The notes under the pieces are model-generated. The model was not told the DNA's origin. It ran no database searches and saw only the letters and a list, made by a program, of their open reading frames with translations. From Eledone cirrhosa (lineage: Eukaryota), in contig OZ024750.1 of assembly GCA_964016885.1 (NCBI GenBank), positions 53,134,001 to 53,198,000 on the forward strand: 64,000 nt of DNA, read 5' to 3'. The translations under genes and the position numbers were made by a program. Positions 1-18,000 of the stretch are shown in pieces (position 1 is the stretch's first letter; each line of letters opens with the position of its first letter).

Positions 1-3000
1 TCACACAAAACAGTACTATTATCTCATCACACCCAACAGTACTATTATCTCATCACACAAAACAGTACTATTATCCCATCACACAAAACAGTACTATTAT
101 ATCATCACACCCAACAGTACTAATATCCCATCAAACAAAACAGTACTATTATCTCATCACACACAACAGTACTATTATCTCATCACACAAAACAGTACTA
201 TTATCTCCACCCAAAACAGTACTATTATCTCCACAAAACAGTACTATTATCTCATCGCACAAAACTACTATTATCCCATCACACAAAACTACTATTATCT
301 CATCACACAAAACTACTATTATTTCATCACACAAAACAGTACTATTATCTCATCACACAAAACAGTACTATTATCCCATCACACAAAACAGTACTATTAT
401 CTCATCACACAAAACAGTACTATTATCTCATCACACAAAACAGTACTATTATCCCATCACACAAAACAGTACTATTATCCCATCACACAAAACAGTACTA
501 TTATCTCACCACACACACCAGTACTATTATCTCACCACACAAAACAGTACTATTATCTCATTACACAAAACAGTACTATTATCTCATTACACAAAACAGT
601 ACTATTATCTCATCACACAAAACAGTACTATTATATCATCACACCCAACAGTACTATTATCCCATCACACAAAACAGTACTATTATCCCATCACACAAAA
701 CAGTACTATTATCTCATCACACCCAACAGTACTATTATCCCATGACACAAAACAGTACTATTATCTCATCACACAAAACAGTACTATTATCTCATCACAC
801 AAAACAGTACTATTATCCCATCACACATAACTACTATTATCTCATCACACAAAACAGTACTATTATCTCATCACACAAAACAGTACTATTATATCATCAC
901 ACCCAACAGTACTATTATCCCATCACACAAAACAGTACTATTATCCCATCACACAAAACAGTACTATTATCCCATCACACAAAACAGTACTATTATCCCA
1001 TCACACAAAACAGTACTATTATATCATCACACCCAACAGTACTATTATCCCATCACACAAAACAGTACTATTATCTCATCACACAAAACAGTACTATTAT
1101 CTCATCACACAAAACAGTACTATTATCTCATCACACAAAACAGTACTATTATCTCCACAAAACAGTACTATTATCTCATCACACACAACAGTACTATTAT
1201 CTCCACAAAACAGTACTATTATCTCATCACACACAACAGTACTATTATCTCCACAACAATACTATTATCCCATCACACAAAACAGTACTATTATCTCATC
1301 ACACAAAACAGTGCTATTATCCCATCACACAAAACAGTGCTATTATCTCATCACACAAAACAGTACTATTATCTCATCACACAAAACAGTACTATTATCC
1401 CATCACACAAAACAGTACTATTATCTCATCACACAAAACAGTACTATTATCTCTTCACACAAAACAGTACTATTATCCCATCACACAAAACAGTACTATT
1501 ATCCCATCACACAAAACAGTACTATTATCCCATCACACAAAACAGTACTATTATATCATCACACAAAACAGTACTATTATCTCCACAAAACAGTACTATT
1601 ATCTCCACAAAACAGTACTATTATCTCATCACACACAACAGTACTATTATCTCATCACACAAAACTACTGTTATCTCCACCCAAAACAGTACTATTATCT
1701 CCACAAAACAGTACTATTATCCCATTACACAAAACAGTACTATTATCTCATCACACAAAACAGTGCTATTATCCCATCACACAAAACAGTACTATTATCT
1801 CCACACAAAACTACTATTATCTCATCACACACAACAGTACTATTATCTCATCACACAAAACAGTACTATTATCTCATCACACACAACAGTACTATTATCC
1901 CATCACACAAAACAGTACTATTATCTCCACACAAAACTACTATTATCTCATCACACACAACAGTACTATTATCTCATCGCACACAACAGTACTATTATCT
2001 CATCACACACAACAGAACTATTATCTCATTACACAAAACAGTACTATTATCTCATCACACACAACAGTACTATTATCTCATCACACACAACAATACTATT
2101 ATCTCATCACACACAACAGAACTATTATCTCATCACACACAACAGTACTATTATCTCATCACACACAACAGTACTATTATCTCATCACACACAACAGAAC
2201 TATTATCTCATTACACAAAACAGAACTATTATCTCATCACACACAACAGTACTATTATCTCATCACACACAACAATACTATTATCTCATCACACACAACA
2301 GAACTATTATCTCATCACACACAACAGTACTATTATCTCATCACACAAAACAGTACTATTATCTCATTACACAAAACAGTACTATTATCTCATCACACAA
2401 AATAGTACTATTATATCATCACACCCAACAGTACTATTATCCCATCACACAAAACAGTACTATTATCCCATCACAAAAAACAGTACTATTATCTCATCAC
2501 ACCCAACAGTACTATTATCCCATCACACAAAACAGTACTATTATCCCATCACACAAAACAGTACTATTATATCATCACACCCAACAGTACTATTATCCCA
2601 TCACACATAACAGTACTATTATCTAATCACACAAAACAGTACTATCATCTCATCACACAAAACAGTACTATTATCTCCACAAAATAATACTATTATCTCA
2701 TCACACAAAACAGTACTATTATCTCATCACACACAACAGTACTATTATCTCATCACACAAAACAGTACTATTATCTCCACCCAAAACAGTACTATTATCT
2801 CATAACACAAAACAGTACTATTATCTCATCACACAAAACAGTACTATTATCCCATCTCACAAAACAGTACTATTATCTCATCACACAAAACAGTACTATT
2901 ATCTCATCACACACAACAGTACTATTATCCCATCACACAAAACAGTACTATTATCTCCACAGAAAACTACTATTATCTCATCACACAAAACTACTATTAT

Positions 3001-6000
3001 CTCATCACACACAACAGTACTATTATCTCATCGCACACAACAGTACTATTATCTCATCACACACATCAGTACGATTATCTCATCACACACAACAGAACTA
3101 TTATCTCATTACACAAAACAGTACTATTATCTCATCACACAAAACAGTACTATTATCTCACTACACACAACAGTACTATTATCTCACCAGACAAAACAGT
3201 ACTATTATCTCATTACACAAAACTACTATTATCTCATTACACAAAACAGTACTATTATCCCATCACACAAAACTACTATTATATCATCACACCCAACAGT
3301 ACTATTATCCCATCACACATAACAGTACTATTATCTCATCACACAAAACAGTACTATTATCTCATCACACAAGACAGTACTATTATCTCCACAAAACAGT
3401 ACTATTATCTCCACAAAATAATACTATTATCTCATCACATAAAACAGTACTATTATCTCATCACACACAACAGTACTATTATCTCATCACACAAAACAGT
3501 ACTATTATCTCCACCCAAAACAGTACTATTATCTCCACAAAACAGTACTATTATCTCATCACACAAAATTACTATTATCCCATCACACAAAACAGTACTA
3601 CTATCTCCACACAAAACTACTATTATCTCATCACACAAAACTACTATTATTTCATCACACAAAACAATACTATTATCTCATTACACACAACAGTACTATA
3701 ATCTCATCACACAAAACAGTACTATTATCTCATCATACAAAACAGTACTATTATCTCATAACACACAACAGTGCTATTATCTCATCACATACAACAGTAC
3801 TATTATCTCACCACACAAAACAGTACTATTATCTCATCACACAAAACAGTACTATTATCTCACCACACCACACACAACAGTACTATTATCTCACCACACA
3901 AAACAGTACTATTATCTCATTACACAAAACAGTACTATTATCTCATTACACAAAACAGTACTATTATCTCATCACACAAAACAGTACTATTATATCGTCA
4001 CACCCAACAGTTCTATTATCCCATCACACAAAACAGTACTATTATCCCATCACACAAAACAGTACTATTATCTCATCACACCCAACAGTACTATTATCCC
4101 ATCACACAAAACAGTACTATTATCCCATCACACAAAACAGTACTATTATCCCATCACACAAAACAGTACTATTATCCCATCACACAAAACAGTACTATTA
4201 TATCATCACACCCAACAGTACTATTATCCCATCACACATAACAGTACTATTATCTCATCACACAAAACAGTACTATTATCTCATCACACAAAACAGTAGT
4301 ATTATCTCCACAAAACAGTACTATTATCTCCACAAAACAGTACTAGTATCTCATCACACACAACAGTACTATTATCTCATCACACAAAACTACTATTATC
4401 TCCACCCAAAACAGTACTATTATCTCCACAAAACAGTACTATTATCCCATCGCACAAAACTACTATTATCCCATCACACAAAACAGTACTATTATCTTAT
4501 CACACAAAACAGTACTATTATCCCATCACACAAAACAGTACTATTATCTCCACACAAAACTACTATTATCTCATCACACAAAACAGTACTATTATCTCAT
4601 CACACAAAACAGTACTATTATCTCATCACACAAAACAGTACTATTATCTCATCACACAAAACTACTATTATCTTATCACACAAAACAGTACTATTATCTC
4701 ATCACACACAACAGTACTATTATCTCATTATCTCATCCCACACAACAGTACTATTATCTCATCCCACACAACAGTACTATTATCTAATCACAGACAATAA
4801 TACTATTATATCACCACACAAAACAGTACTATTATCTGATAACACAAAACAGTACTATTATCTCATCACACAAAACAGTACTATTATCTCATCACACACA
4901 AAATTACTATTATCTCATCACACACAACATTACTATTATCTCATCACACACAACAATACTATTATCTCATCACACACAACAGTACTCTTATCTCATCACA
5001 CACAACAGTACTATTATCTCATCACACACAACAGTACTATTATCTCACCACACACAACAGTACTATTATCTCACCACACAAAACAGTACTATTATCTCAT
5101 TACACAAAACAGTACTATTATCTCCACCCAAAACAGTACTATTATCTCCACAAAACAGTACTATTATCTCATCACACACAACAGTACTATTATCTCATCA
5201 CACAAAACTACTATTATCTCCACCCAAAACATTACTATTACCTCCACAAAACAGTACTATTATCCCATCGCACAAAACTACTATTATCCCATCACACAAA
5301 ACAGTACTAATATCTCATCACACAAAACAGTGCTATTATCCCATCACACAAAACAGTACTATTATCTCCACACAAAACTACTATTATCTCATCACACAAA
5401 ACAGTACTATTATCTCATCACACAAAACAGTACTATTATCCCATCACACAAAACAGTACTATTATCTCATCACACAAAACAGTACTATTATCTCATCACA
5501 CACAACAGTACTATTATCCCATCACACAAAACAGTACTATTATCTCCACACAAAACTACTATTATCTCATCACACAAAACTACTATTATCTCATCACACA
5601 CAACAGTACTATTATCTCATCGCACACAACAGTACTATTATCTCATCGCACACAACAGTACTATTATCTCATCGCACACAACAGTACTATTATCTCATCA
5701 CACACATCAGTACGATTATCTCATTACACACAACAGAACTATTATCTCATTACACAAAACAGTACTATTATCTCATCACACAAAACAGTACTATTATCTC
5801 ATCACACAAAACAGTACTATTATCCCATTACAAAAAACAGTACTATTATCTCATCACACCCAACAGTACTATTATCCCATCACACCAAACAGTACTATTA
5901 TCCCATCACACAAAACAGTACTATTATATCATCACACCCAACAGTACTATTATCCCATTACACATAACAGTACTATTATCTCATCACACAAAACAGTACT

Positions 6001-9000
6001 ATTATCTCCACAAAACAGTACTATTATCTCCAGAAAATAATACTATTATCTCATCACACAAAACAGTACTATTATCTCATCACACACAACAGTACTATTA
6101 TCTCATTACACAAAACAGTACTATTATCTCCACCCAAAACAGTACTATTATCTCCACAAAACAGTACTATTATCTCATCACACAAAACTACTATTATCCC
6201 ATCACACAAAATAGTACTATTATCTCCACACAAAACTACTATTATCTCATCACACAAAACTACTATTATTTCATCACACAAAACAATACTATTATCTCAT
6301 TACACACAACAGTACTATAATCTCATCACACAAAATAGTACTATTATCTCATCATACAAAACAGTACTATTATCTCATAACACACAACAGTACTATTATC
6401 TCATCACATACAACAGTACTATTATCTCACCACACAAAACTGTACTATTATCTCATCACACAAAACAGTACTATTATCTCACCACACACAACAGTACTAT
6501 TATCTCACCACACAAAACAGTACTATTATCTCATCACACAAAACAGTACTATTATCTCATTACACAAAACAGTACTATTATCTCATCACACAAAACAGTA
6601 CTATTATATCATCACACCCAACAGTTCTATTATCCCATCACACAGAACAGTGCTATTATCCCATCACACAAAACAGTACTATTATCTCATCACACCCAAC
6701 AGTACTATTATCCCATCACACCCAACAGTACTATTATCCCATCACACAAAACAGTACTATTATCCCATCACTCAAAACAGTACTATTATCCCATCACACA
6801 ATACAGTACTATTATATCATCACACCCAACAGTACTATTATCCCATCACACATAACAGTACTATTATCTCATCACACAAAACAGTACTATTATCTCATCA
6901 CACAAAACAGTAGTATTATCTCCACAAAACAGTACTATTATCTCCAGAAAACAGTACTATTATCTCATCACACACAACAGTACTATTATCTCATCACACA
7001 AAACTACTATTATCTCATCACACAAAACTACTATTATCTCCACCCAAAACAGTACTATTATCTCCACAAAACAGTACTATTATCTCATTACACACAACAG
7101 TACTATTATCCCATCACACAAAACAGTACTATTATCTCATCACACAAAACAGTGCTATTATCCCATCACACAAAACAGTACTATTATCTCATCACACAAA
7201 ACTACTATTATCTCATCACACAAAACAGTACTATTATCTCATCACACACAACAGTACTATTATCTCATTATCTCATCCCACACAACAATACTATTATCTC
7301 ATCCCACACAACAGTACTATTATCTCATCACACAAAACAGTACTATTATCTCCACCCAAAACAGTACTATTATCTCCACAAAACAGTACTATTATCTCAT
7401 CACACAAAACTACTATTATCCCATCACACAAAACAGTACTACTATCTCCACACAAAACTACTATTATCTCATCACACAAAACTACTATTATTTCATCACA
7501 CAAAACAATACTATTATCTCATTACACACAACAGTACTATTATCTCATCACACAAAACAGTACTATTATCTCATCACACAAAACAGTACTATTATCTCAT
7601 CATACAAAACAGTACTATTATCCCATCACACAAAACAGTACTATTATCCCATCACACAAAACAGTACTATTATCTCATCACGCCCAACAGTACTATTATC
7701 CCATCACACAAAACAGTACTATTATCCCATCACACAAAACAGTACTATTATATCATCACACCCAACAGTGCTATTATCCCATCACACATAACAGTACTAT
7801 TATCTCATCACACATAACAGTACTATTATCTCATCACACAAAACAGTACTATTATCTCCACAAAACAGTACTATTATCTCCACAAAACAGTACTATTATC
7901 TCCACAAAATAATACTATTATCTCATCACACAAAACAGTACTATTATCTCGTCACACACAACAGTACTATTATCTCATCACACACAACAGTACTATTATC
8001 TCATCACACAAAACAGTACTATTATCTCCACAAAACAGTACTATTATCTCATCACACAAAACAGTACTATTATCTCATCACACAAAACAGTACTATTATA
8101 TCATCACACAAAACAGTACTATTATATCATCACACCCAACAGTACTATTATCCCATCACACAAAACTACTATTATCCCATCACACAAAACAGTACTATTA
8201 TCTCATCACACCCAACAGTACTATTATCTCATCACACAAAACAGTACTATTATCTCATCACACAAAACAGTACTTATCTCATCACACAAAACAGTACTAT
8301 TATCCCATCACACAAAACAGTACTATTATATCATCACACCCAACAGTACTAATATCCCATCAAACAAAACAGTACTATTATCTCATCACACACAACAGTA
8401 CTATTATCTCATCACACAAAACAGTACTATTATCTCCACCCAAAACAGTACTATTATCTCCACAAAACAGTACTATTATCTCATCGCACAAAACTACTAT
8501 TATCCCATCACACAAAACTACTATTATCTCATCACACAAAACTACTATTATTTCATCACACAAAACAGTACTATTATCTCATCACACAAAACAGTACTAT
8601 TATCCCATCACACAAAACAGTACTATTATCTCATCACACAAAACAGTACTATTATCTCATCACACAAAACAGTACTATTATCCCATCACACAAAACAGTA
8701 CTATTATCCCATCACACAAAACAGTACTATTATCTCACCACACACACCAGTACTATTATCTCACCACACACACCAGTACTATTATCTCACCACACAAAAC
8801 AGTACTATTATCTCATTACACAAAACAGTACTATTATCTCATCACACAAAACAGTACTATTATCTCATCACACAAAACAGTACTATTATATCATCACACC
8901 CAACAGTACTATTATCCCATCACACAAAACAGTACTATTATCCCATCACACAAAACAGTACTATTATCTCATCACACCCAACAGTACTATTATCCCATGA

Positions 9001-12000
9001 CACAAAACTACTATTATCTCATCACACAAAACAGTACTATATTCTCATCACACAAAACAGTACTATTATCCCATCACACATAACTACTATTATCTCATCA
9101 CACAAAACAGTACTATTATCTCATCACACAAAACAGTACTATTATATCATCACACCCAACAGTACTATTATCCCATCACACAAAACAGTACTATTATCCC
9201 ATAACACAAAACAGTACTATTATCGCATCACACAAAACAGTACTATTATCCCATCACACAAAACAGTACTATTATATCATCACACCCAACAGTACTATTA
9301 TCCCATCACACAAAACAGTACTATTATCTCATCACACAAAACAGTACTATTATCTCATCACACAAAACAGTACTATTATCTCCACAAAACAGTACTATTA
9401 TCTCATCACACACAACAGTACTATTATCTCCACAAAACAGTACTATTATCTCATCACACACAACAGTACTATTATCTCCACAACAATACTATTATCCCAT
9501 CACACAAAACAGTACTATTATCTCATCACACAAAACAGTGCTATTATCCCATCACACAAAACAGTGCTATTATCTCATCACACAAAACAGTACTATTATC
9601 TCATCACACAAAACAGTACTATTATCCCATCACACAAAACAGTACTATTATCTCATCACACAAAACAGTACTATTATCTCTTCACACAAAACAGTACTAT
9701 TATCCCATCACACAAAACAGTACTATTATCCCATCACACAAAACAGTACTATTATCCCATCACACAAAACAGTACTATTATATCATCACACAAAACAGTA
9801 CTATTATCTCCACAAAACAGTACTATTATCTCCACAAAACAGTACTATTATCTCATCACACACAACAGTACTATTATCTCATCACACAAAACTACTGTTA
9901 TCTCCACCCAAAACAGTACTATTATCTCCACAAAACAGTACTATTATCCCATCACACAAAACAGTACTATTATCTCATCACACAAAACAGTGCTATTATC
10001 CCATCACACAAAACAGTACTATTATCTCCACACAAAACTACTATTATCTCATCACACACAACAGTACTATTATCTCATCACACAAAACAGTACTATTATC
10101 TCATCACACACAACAGTACTATTATCCCATCACACAAAACAGTACTATTATCTCCACACAAAACTACTATTATCTCATCACACACAACAGTACTATTATC
10201 TCATCGCACACAACAGTACTATTATCTCATCACACACAACAGAACTATTATCTCATTACACAAAACAGTACTATTATCTCATCACACACAACAGTACTAT
10301 TATCTCAGCACACACAACAATACTATTATCTCATCACACACAACAGAACTATTATCTCATCACACACAACAGTACTATTATCTCATCACATACAACAGTA
10401 CTATTATCTCATCACACACAACAGTACTATTATCTCATCACACACAACAGTACTATTATCTCATCACACACAACAATACCATTATCTCATCACACACAAC
10501 AATACCATTATCTCATCACACACAACCGTACTATTATCCCATCACACACAACAGTACTATTATCTCATTACACACAACAATACTATTATCACATCACACA
10601 CAACAGTACTATTATCTCATCACACACAACATTACTATTATCTCATCACACACAACAGTACTATTATCCCATCACACCCAACAGAACTATTATCTCATCA
10701 CACACAACAGTTCTATTATCTGATAACACAAAACAGTACTATTATCTCATCACACAAAACAGTACTATTATCTCATCACACACAAAATTACTATTATCTC
10801 ATGACACACAAAATTACTATTATCTCATCACACACAACATTACTATTATCTCATCACACACAACAATACTATTATCTCATCACACACAACAGTACTATTA
10901 TCTCATCACACACAACAGTACTATTATCTCATCACACAAAACAGTACTATTATCTCACCACACACAACAGTACTATTATCTCACCACACAAAACAGTACT
11001 ATTATCTCATTACACAAAACAGTACTATTATCTCATCACACAAAACAGTACTATTATATCATCACACCCAACAGTACTATTATCCCATCACAGAAAACAG
11101 TACTATTATCCCATCACACAAAACAGTACTATTATCTCATCACACCCAACAGTACTATTATCCCATCACACAAAACAGTACTATTATCCCATCACACAAA
11201 ACAGTACTATTATATCATCACACCCAACAGTACTATTATCCCATCACACATAACAGTACTATTATCTCATCACACAAAACAGTACTATTATCTCATCACA
11301 CAAAACAGTACTATTATCTCCACAAAACAGTACTATTATCTCCACAAAATAATACTATTATCTCATCACACAAAACAGTACTATTATCTCATCACACACA
11401 ACAGTACTATTATCTCATCACACACAACAATACTATTATCTCCACACAAAACAGTACTATTATCTCATTACACACAACAGTACTATTATCTCATCACACA
11501 AAACAGTACTATTATCTCATCACCCAAAACAGTACTATTATCTCCACAAAACAGTACTATTATCTCATTGCACAAAACTACTATTATCCTATCACACAAA
11601 ACAGTACTATTATCTCCACACAAAACTACTATTATCTCATCACACAAAACTACTATTATTTCATCGCACAAAACAATACTATTATCTCATCACACAAAAC
11701 AGCACTATTATCTCATCATACAAAACAGCACTATTATCTCATCACACACAACAGTACTATTATCTCATCACATACAACAGTACTATTATCTCACCACACA
11801 AAACTACTATTATCTCATCACACAAAACAGTACTATTATCTCACCACACACAACAGTACTATTATCTCACCACACAAAACAGTACTATTATCTCATTACA
11901 CAAAACAGTACTATTATCTCATTACACAAAACAGAACTATTATCTCATCACACCCAACAGTAGTATTATCCCATCACACAAAACAGTACTATTATCCCAT

Positions 12001-15000
12001 CACACAAAACAGTACTATTATATCATCACACCCAACAGTACTATTATCCCATCACACATAACAGTACTATTATCTCATCACACAAAACAGTACTATTATC
12101 TCATCACACAAAACAGTACTATTATCCACAAAACAGTACTATTATCTCCACAAAACAGTACTATTATCTCATCACACACAACAGTACTATTATCTCCACA
12201 AAACAGTACTATTATCTCATCACACACAACAGTACTATTATCTCCACAACAATACTATTATCCCATCACACAAAACAGTACTATTATCTCATCACACAAA
12301 ACAGTGCTATTATCCCATCACACAAAACAGTGCTATTATCTCATCACACAAAACAGTACTATTATCTCATCACACAAAACAGTACTATTATCCCATCACA
12401 CAAAACAGTACTATTATCTCATCACACACAACAGAACTATTATCTCATCACACACAACAGAACTATTATCTCATTACACAAAACAATACTATTATCTCAT
12501 CACACACAACAGTACTATTATCTCATCACACGCAACAATACTATTATCTTATCACACACAACAGTACTATTATCTCATCACACACAACAATACTATTATC
12601 TCATCACACACAACAGAACTATTATCTCATCACACACAACAGTACTATTATCTCATCACACACAACAGAACTATTATCTCATCACACACAACAGTACTAT
12701 TATCCCATCACACAAAACAGTACTATTATCTCATCACACACACCAGTACTATTATCCCATCACACACAACAGTACTATTATCTCATTACACACAACAGTA
12801 CTATTATCTCATCACACACAACAGTACTATTATCCCATCACACCCAACAGAACTATTATCTCATCACACACAACAGTACTATTATCTCATCACACACAAC
12901 AGTACTATTATCTCATCACACACAACAATACTATTATCTCATCACACACAACAATACCATTATCTCATCACACAAAACAGTACTATTATCTCATCACACA
13001 AAACAGTACTATTATCTCATCACACACAACAGAACTATTATCTCATCACACACAACAGTACTATTATCTCATCACACACAACAATACTATTATCTCATCA
13101 CACAAAACAATACTATTATCTCATCACACACACAACAGTACTATTATCTCATCACACAAAACTACTATTATCTCATCACACACAATAGTACTATTATCTC
13201 ATCACACAATAGTACTATTATCTCATCACACAAAACAGTACTATTATCTCATCACACAAAACACTACTATTATCTCATCACACAAAACAGTACTATTTTC
13301 TCATCACACAAAACAGTACTATTATCTCATCACACACAACAAGACTATTATCTCATCACACTAAACAAAACTATTATCTCATCACACAAAACAGTACTAT
13401 TATCTCATCACACGCAACAGTACTATTATCTCATCACACAAAACAATACTATTATCTCATCACACACAACAGTACTATTATTTCATCACACAAAACAGTA
13501 CTGTTATCTCATCACACAAAACAATACTATTATCTCATTACACACAACAGTACTATTATCTCATCACACAAAACAGTACTATTATCTCATCACACACAAC
13601 AGTACTATTATCTCATCACACACAACAATACTATTATCTCCACACAAAACAGTACTATTATCTCATTACACACAACAGTACTATTATCTCATCACACACA
13701 ACAGTACTATTATCTCATCACACAAAACAGTACTATTATCTCATCACACAAAACAGAACTATTATCTCATTACACAAAACAATACTATTATCTCATCACA
13801 CACAACAATACTATTATCTCCACACAAAACAGTACTATTATCTCATTACACACAACAGTACTATTATCTCATCACACAAAACAGTACTATTATCTCATCA
13901 CACAAAACAGTACTATTATCTCATCACACAAAACTACTATTATCTCATCACACACAACAGTACTATTATCTCACCACACACAACAGTACTATTATCTCAC
14001 CACACACAACAGTACTATTATCCCATCACACACAACAATACTATTATCTCATCACACACAACAATACTATTATCTCATCACACACAACAATACTATTATC
14101 TCATCACACAAAACAGTACTATTATCTCATCACACAAAACAGTACTATTATCTCATCACACAAAACAGTACTATTATCTCATCACACAAAACAGTACTAT
14201 TTTCTCACCACACACAACAGTACTATTATCCCATCACACACAACAGTACTATTATCCCATCACACACAACAATACCATTATCTCATCACACACAACAATA
14301 CTATTATCTCATCACACACAACAGAACTATTATCTCATCACACACAACAGTACTATTATCTCATCACACACAACAGAACTATTATCTCATCACACACAAC
14401 AGTACTATTATCCCATCACACACAACAGTACTATTATCTCATTACACACAACAGTACTATTATCTCACCACACAAAACAGTACTATTATCTCATCACACA
14501 CAACAGTACTATTATCCCATCACACACAACAGTACTATTATCTCATTACACACAACAGTACTATTATCTCATCACACACAACAGTACTATTATCCCATCA
14601 CACCCAACAGAACTATTATCTCATCACACACAACAGTACTATTATCTCATCACACACAACAGTACTATTATCTCATCACACACAACAATACCATTATCTC
14701 ATCACACAAAACAGTACTATTATCTCATCACACAAAACAGTACTATTATCTCATCACACAAAACAGTACTATTATCTCATCACACACAACAGAACTATTA
14801 TCTCATCACACACAACAGTACTATTATCTCATCACACACAACAATACTATTATCTCATCACACAAAACAATACTATTATCTCATCACACACACAACAGTA
14901 CTATTATCTCATCACACAAAACAATACTATTATCTCATCACACACAATAGTACTATTATCTCATCACACAATAGTACTATTATCTCATCACACAAAACAG

Positions 15001-18000
15001 TACTATTATCTCATCACACAAAACACTACTATTATCTCATCACACAAAACAGTACTATTTTCTCATCACACAAAACAGTACTATTATCTCATCACACACA
15101 ACAAGACTATTATCTCATCACACAAAACAAAACTATTATCTCATCACACAAAACAGTACTATTATCTCATCACACACAACAGTACTATTATCTCATCACA
15201 CAAAACAATACTATTATCTCATCACACACAACAGTACTATTATTTCATCACACAAAACAGTACTGTTATCTCATCACACAAAACAATACTATTATCTCAT
15301 CACACACAACAATACTATTATCTCCACACAAAACAGTACTATTATCTCATTACACACAACAGTACTATTATCTCATCACACAAAACAGTACTATTATCTC
15401 ATCACACAAAACAGTACTATTATCTCATCACACAAAACTACTATTATCTCATCACACACAACAGTACTATTATCTCACCACACACAACAGTACTATTATC
15501 TCACCACACACAACAGTACTATTATCCCATCACACACAACAATACTATTATCTCATCACACACAACAATACTATTATCTCATCACACACAACAATACTAT
15601 TATCTCATCACACAAAACAGTACTATTATCTCATCACACAAAACAGTACTATTATCTCATCACACAAAACAGTACTATTATCTCATCACACAAAACAGTA
15701 CTATTTGTTCATCACACAAAACAGTACTATTATCTCATCACACAAAACAATACTATTATCTCATTACACAAAACAACTATTATCTCATCACACAAAACAG
15801 TACTATTATCTCACCACACACACAACAGTACTATTATCTCATCACACACAACAGTACTATTATCTCATCACACAAAACAGTACTATTATCTCACCACACA
15901 CAACAGTACTATTATCTCATCACACAAAACAGTACTATTATCTCATCACACACAACAGTACTATTATCTCACCACACAAAACAGTACTATTATCTCATCA
16001 CACACAACAGTACTATTACCTCATCACACACAACAGTACTATTATCTCATCACACACAACAATACCATTATCTCATCACACACAACAATACTATTATCTC
16101 ATCACACACAACAGAACTATTATCTCATCACACACAACAGTACTATTATCTCATCACACACAACAGTACTATTATCTCATCACACACAACAGTACTATTA
16201 TCCCATCACACACAACAGTACTATTATCTCATTACACACAACAGTACTATTATCTCACCACACAAAACAGTACTATTATCTCATCACACACAACAGTACT
16301 ATTATCTCATCACACACAACAGTACTATTATCCCATCACACCCAACAGAACTATTATCTCATCACACACAACAGTACTATTATCTCATCACACACAACAG
16401 TACTATTATCTCATCACACACAACAATACTATTATCTCATCACACACAACAATACCATTATCTCATCACACAAAACAGTACTATTATCTCATCACACAAA
16501 ACAGTACTATTATCTCATCACACACAACAGAACTATTATCTCATCACACACAACAGAACTATTATCTCATCACACACAACAGTACTATTATCTCATCACA
16601 CACAACAATACTATTATCTCATCACACAAAACAATACTATTATCTCATCACACACACAACAGTACTATTATCTCATCACACAAAACAATACTATTATCTC
16701 ATCACACACAATAGTACTATTATCTCATCACACAATAGTACTATTATCTCATCACACAAAACAGTACTATTATCTCATCACACAAAACACTACTATTATC
16801 TCATCACACAAAACAGTACTATTTTCTCATCACACAAAACAGTACTATTATCTCATCACACACAACAAGACTATTATCTCATCACACAAAACAAAACTAT
16901 TATCTCATCACACAAAACAGTACTATTATCTCATCACACACAACAGTACTATTATCTCATCACACAAAACAATACTATTATCTCATCACACACAACAGTA
17001 CTATTATTTCATCACACAAAACAGTACTATTATCTCATCACACAAAACAATACTATTATCTCATTACACACAACAGTACTATTATCTCATCACACAAAAC
17101 AGTACTATTATCTCATCACACAAAACAGTACTATTATCTCATCACACAAAACAGAACTATTATCTCATTACACAAAACAATACTATTATCTCATCACACA
17201 CAACAATACTATTATCTCCACACAAAACAATACTATTATCTCATTACACACAACAGTACTATTATCTCATCACACAAAACAATACTATTATCTCATCACA
17301 CAAAACAGAACTATTATCTCATTACACAAAACAATACTATTATCTCATCACACACAACAATACTATTATCTCCACACAAAACAGTACTATTATCTCATTA
17401 CACAAAACAGTACTATTATCTCATTACACACAACAGTACTATTATCTCATCACACAAAACAGTACTATTATCTCATCACACAAAACAGTACTATTATCTC
17501 ATCACACAAAACAGTACTATTATCTCATCACACAAAACTACTATTATCTCATCACACACAACAGTACTATTATCTCACCACACACAACAGTACTATTATC
17601 TCACCACACACAACAGTACTATTATCCCATCACACACAACAATACTATTATCTCATCACACACAACAATACTATTATCTCATCACACAAAACAGTACTAT
17701 TATCTCATCACACAAAACAGTACTATTATCTCATCACACAAAACAGTACTATTATCTCATCACACAAAACAGTACTATTATCTCATCACACAAATCAGTA
17801 CTATTATCTCATCACACAAAACAGTACTATTATCTCATCACACAAAACAATACTATTATCTCATTACACAAAACTACTATTATCTCATCACACAAAACAG
17901 TACTATTATCTCACCACACACAACAGTACTATTATCTCATCACACACAACAGTACTATTATCTCATCACAAAACAGTACTATTATCTCACCACACACAAC

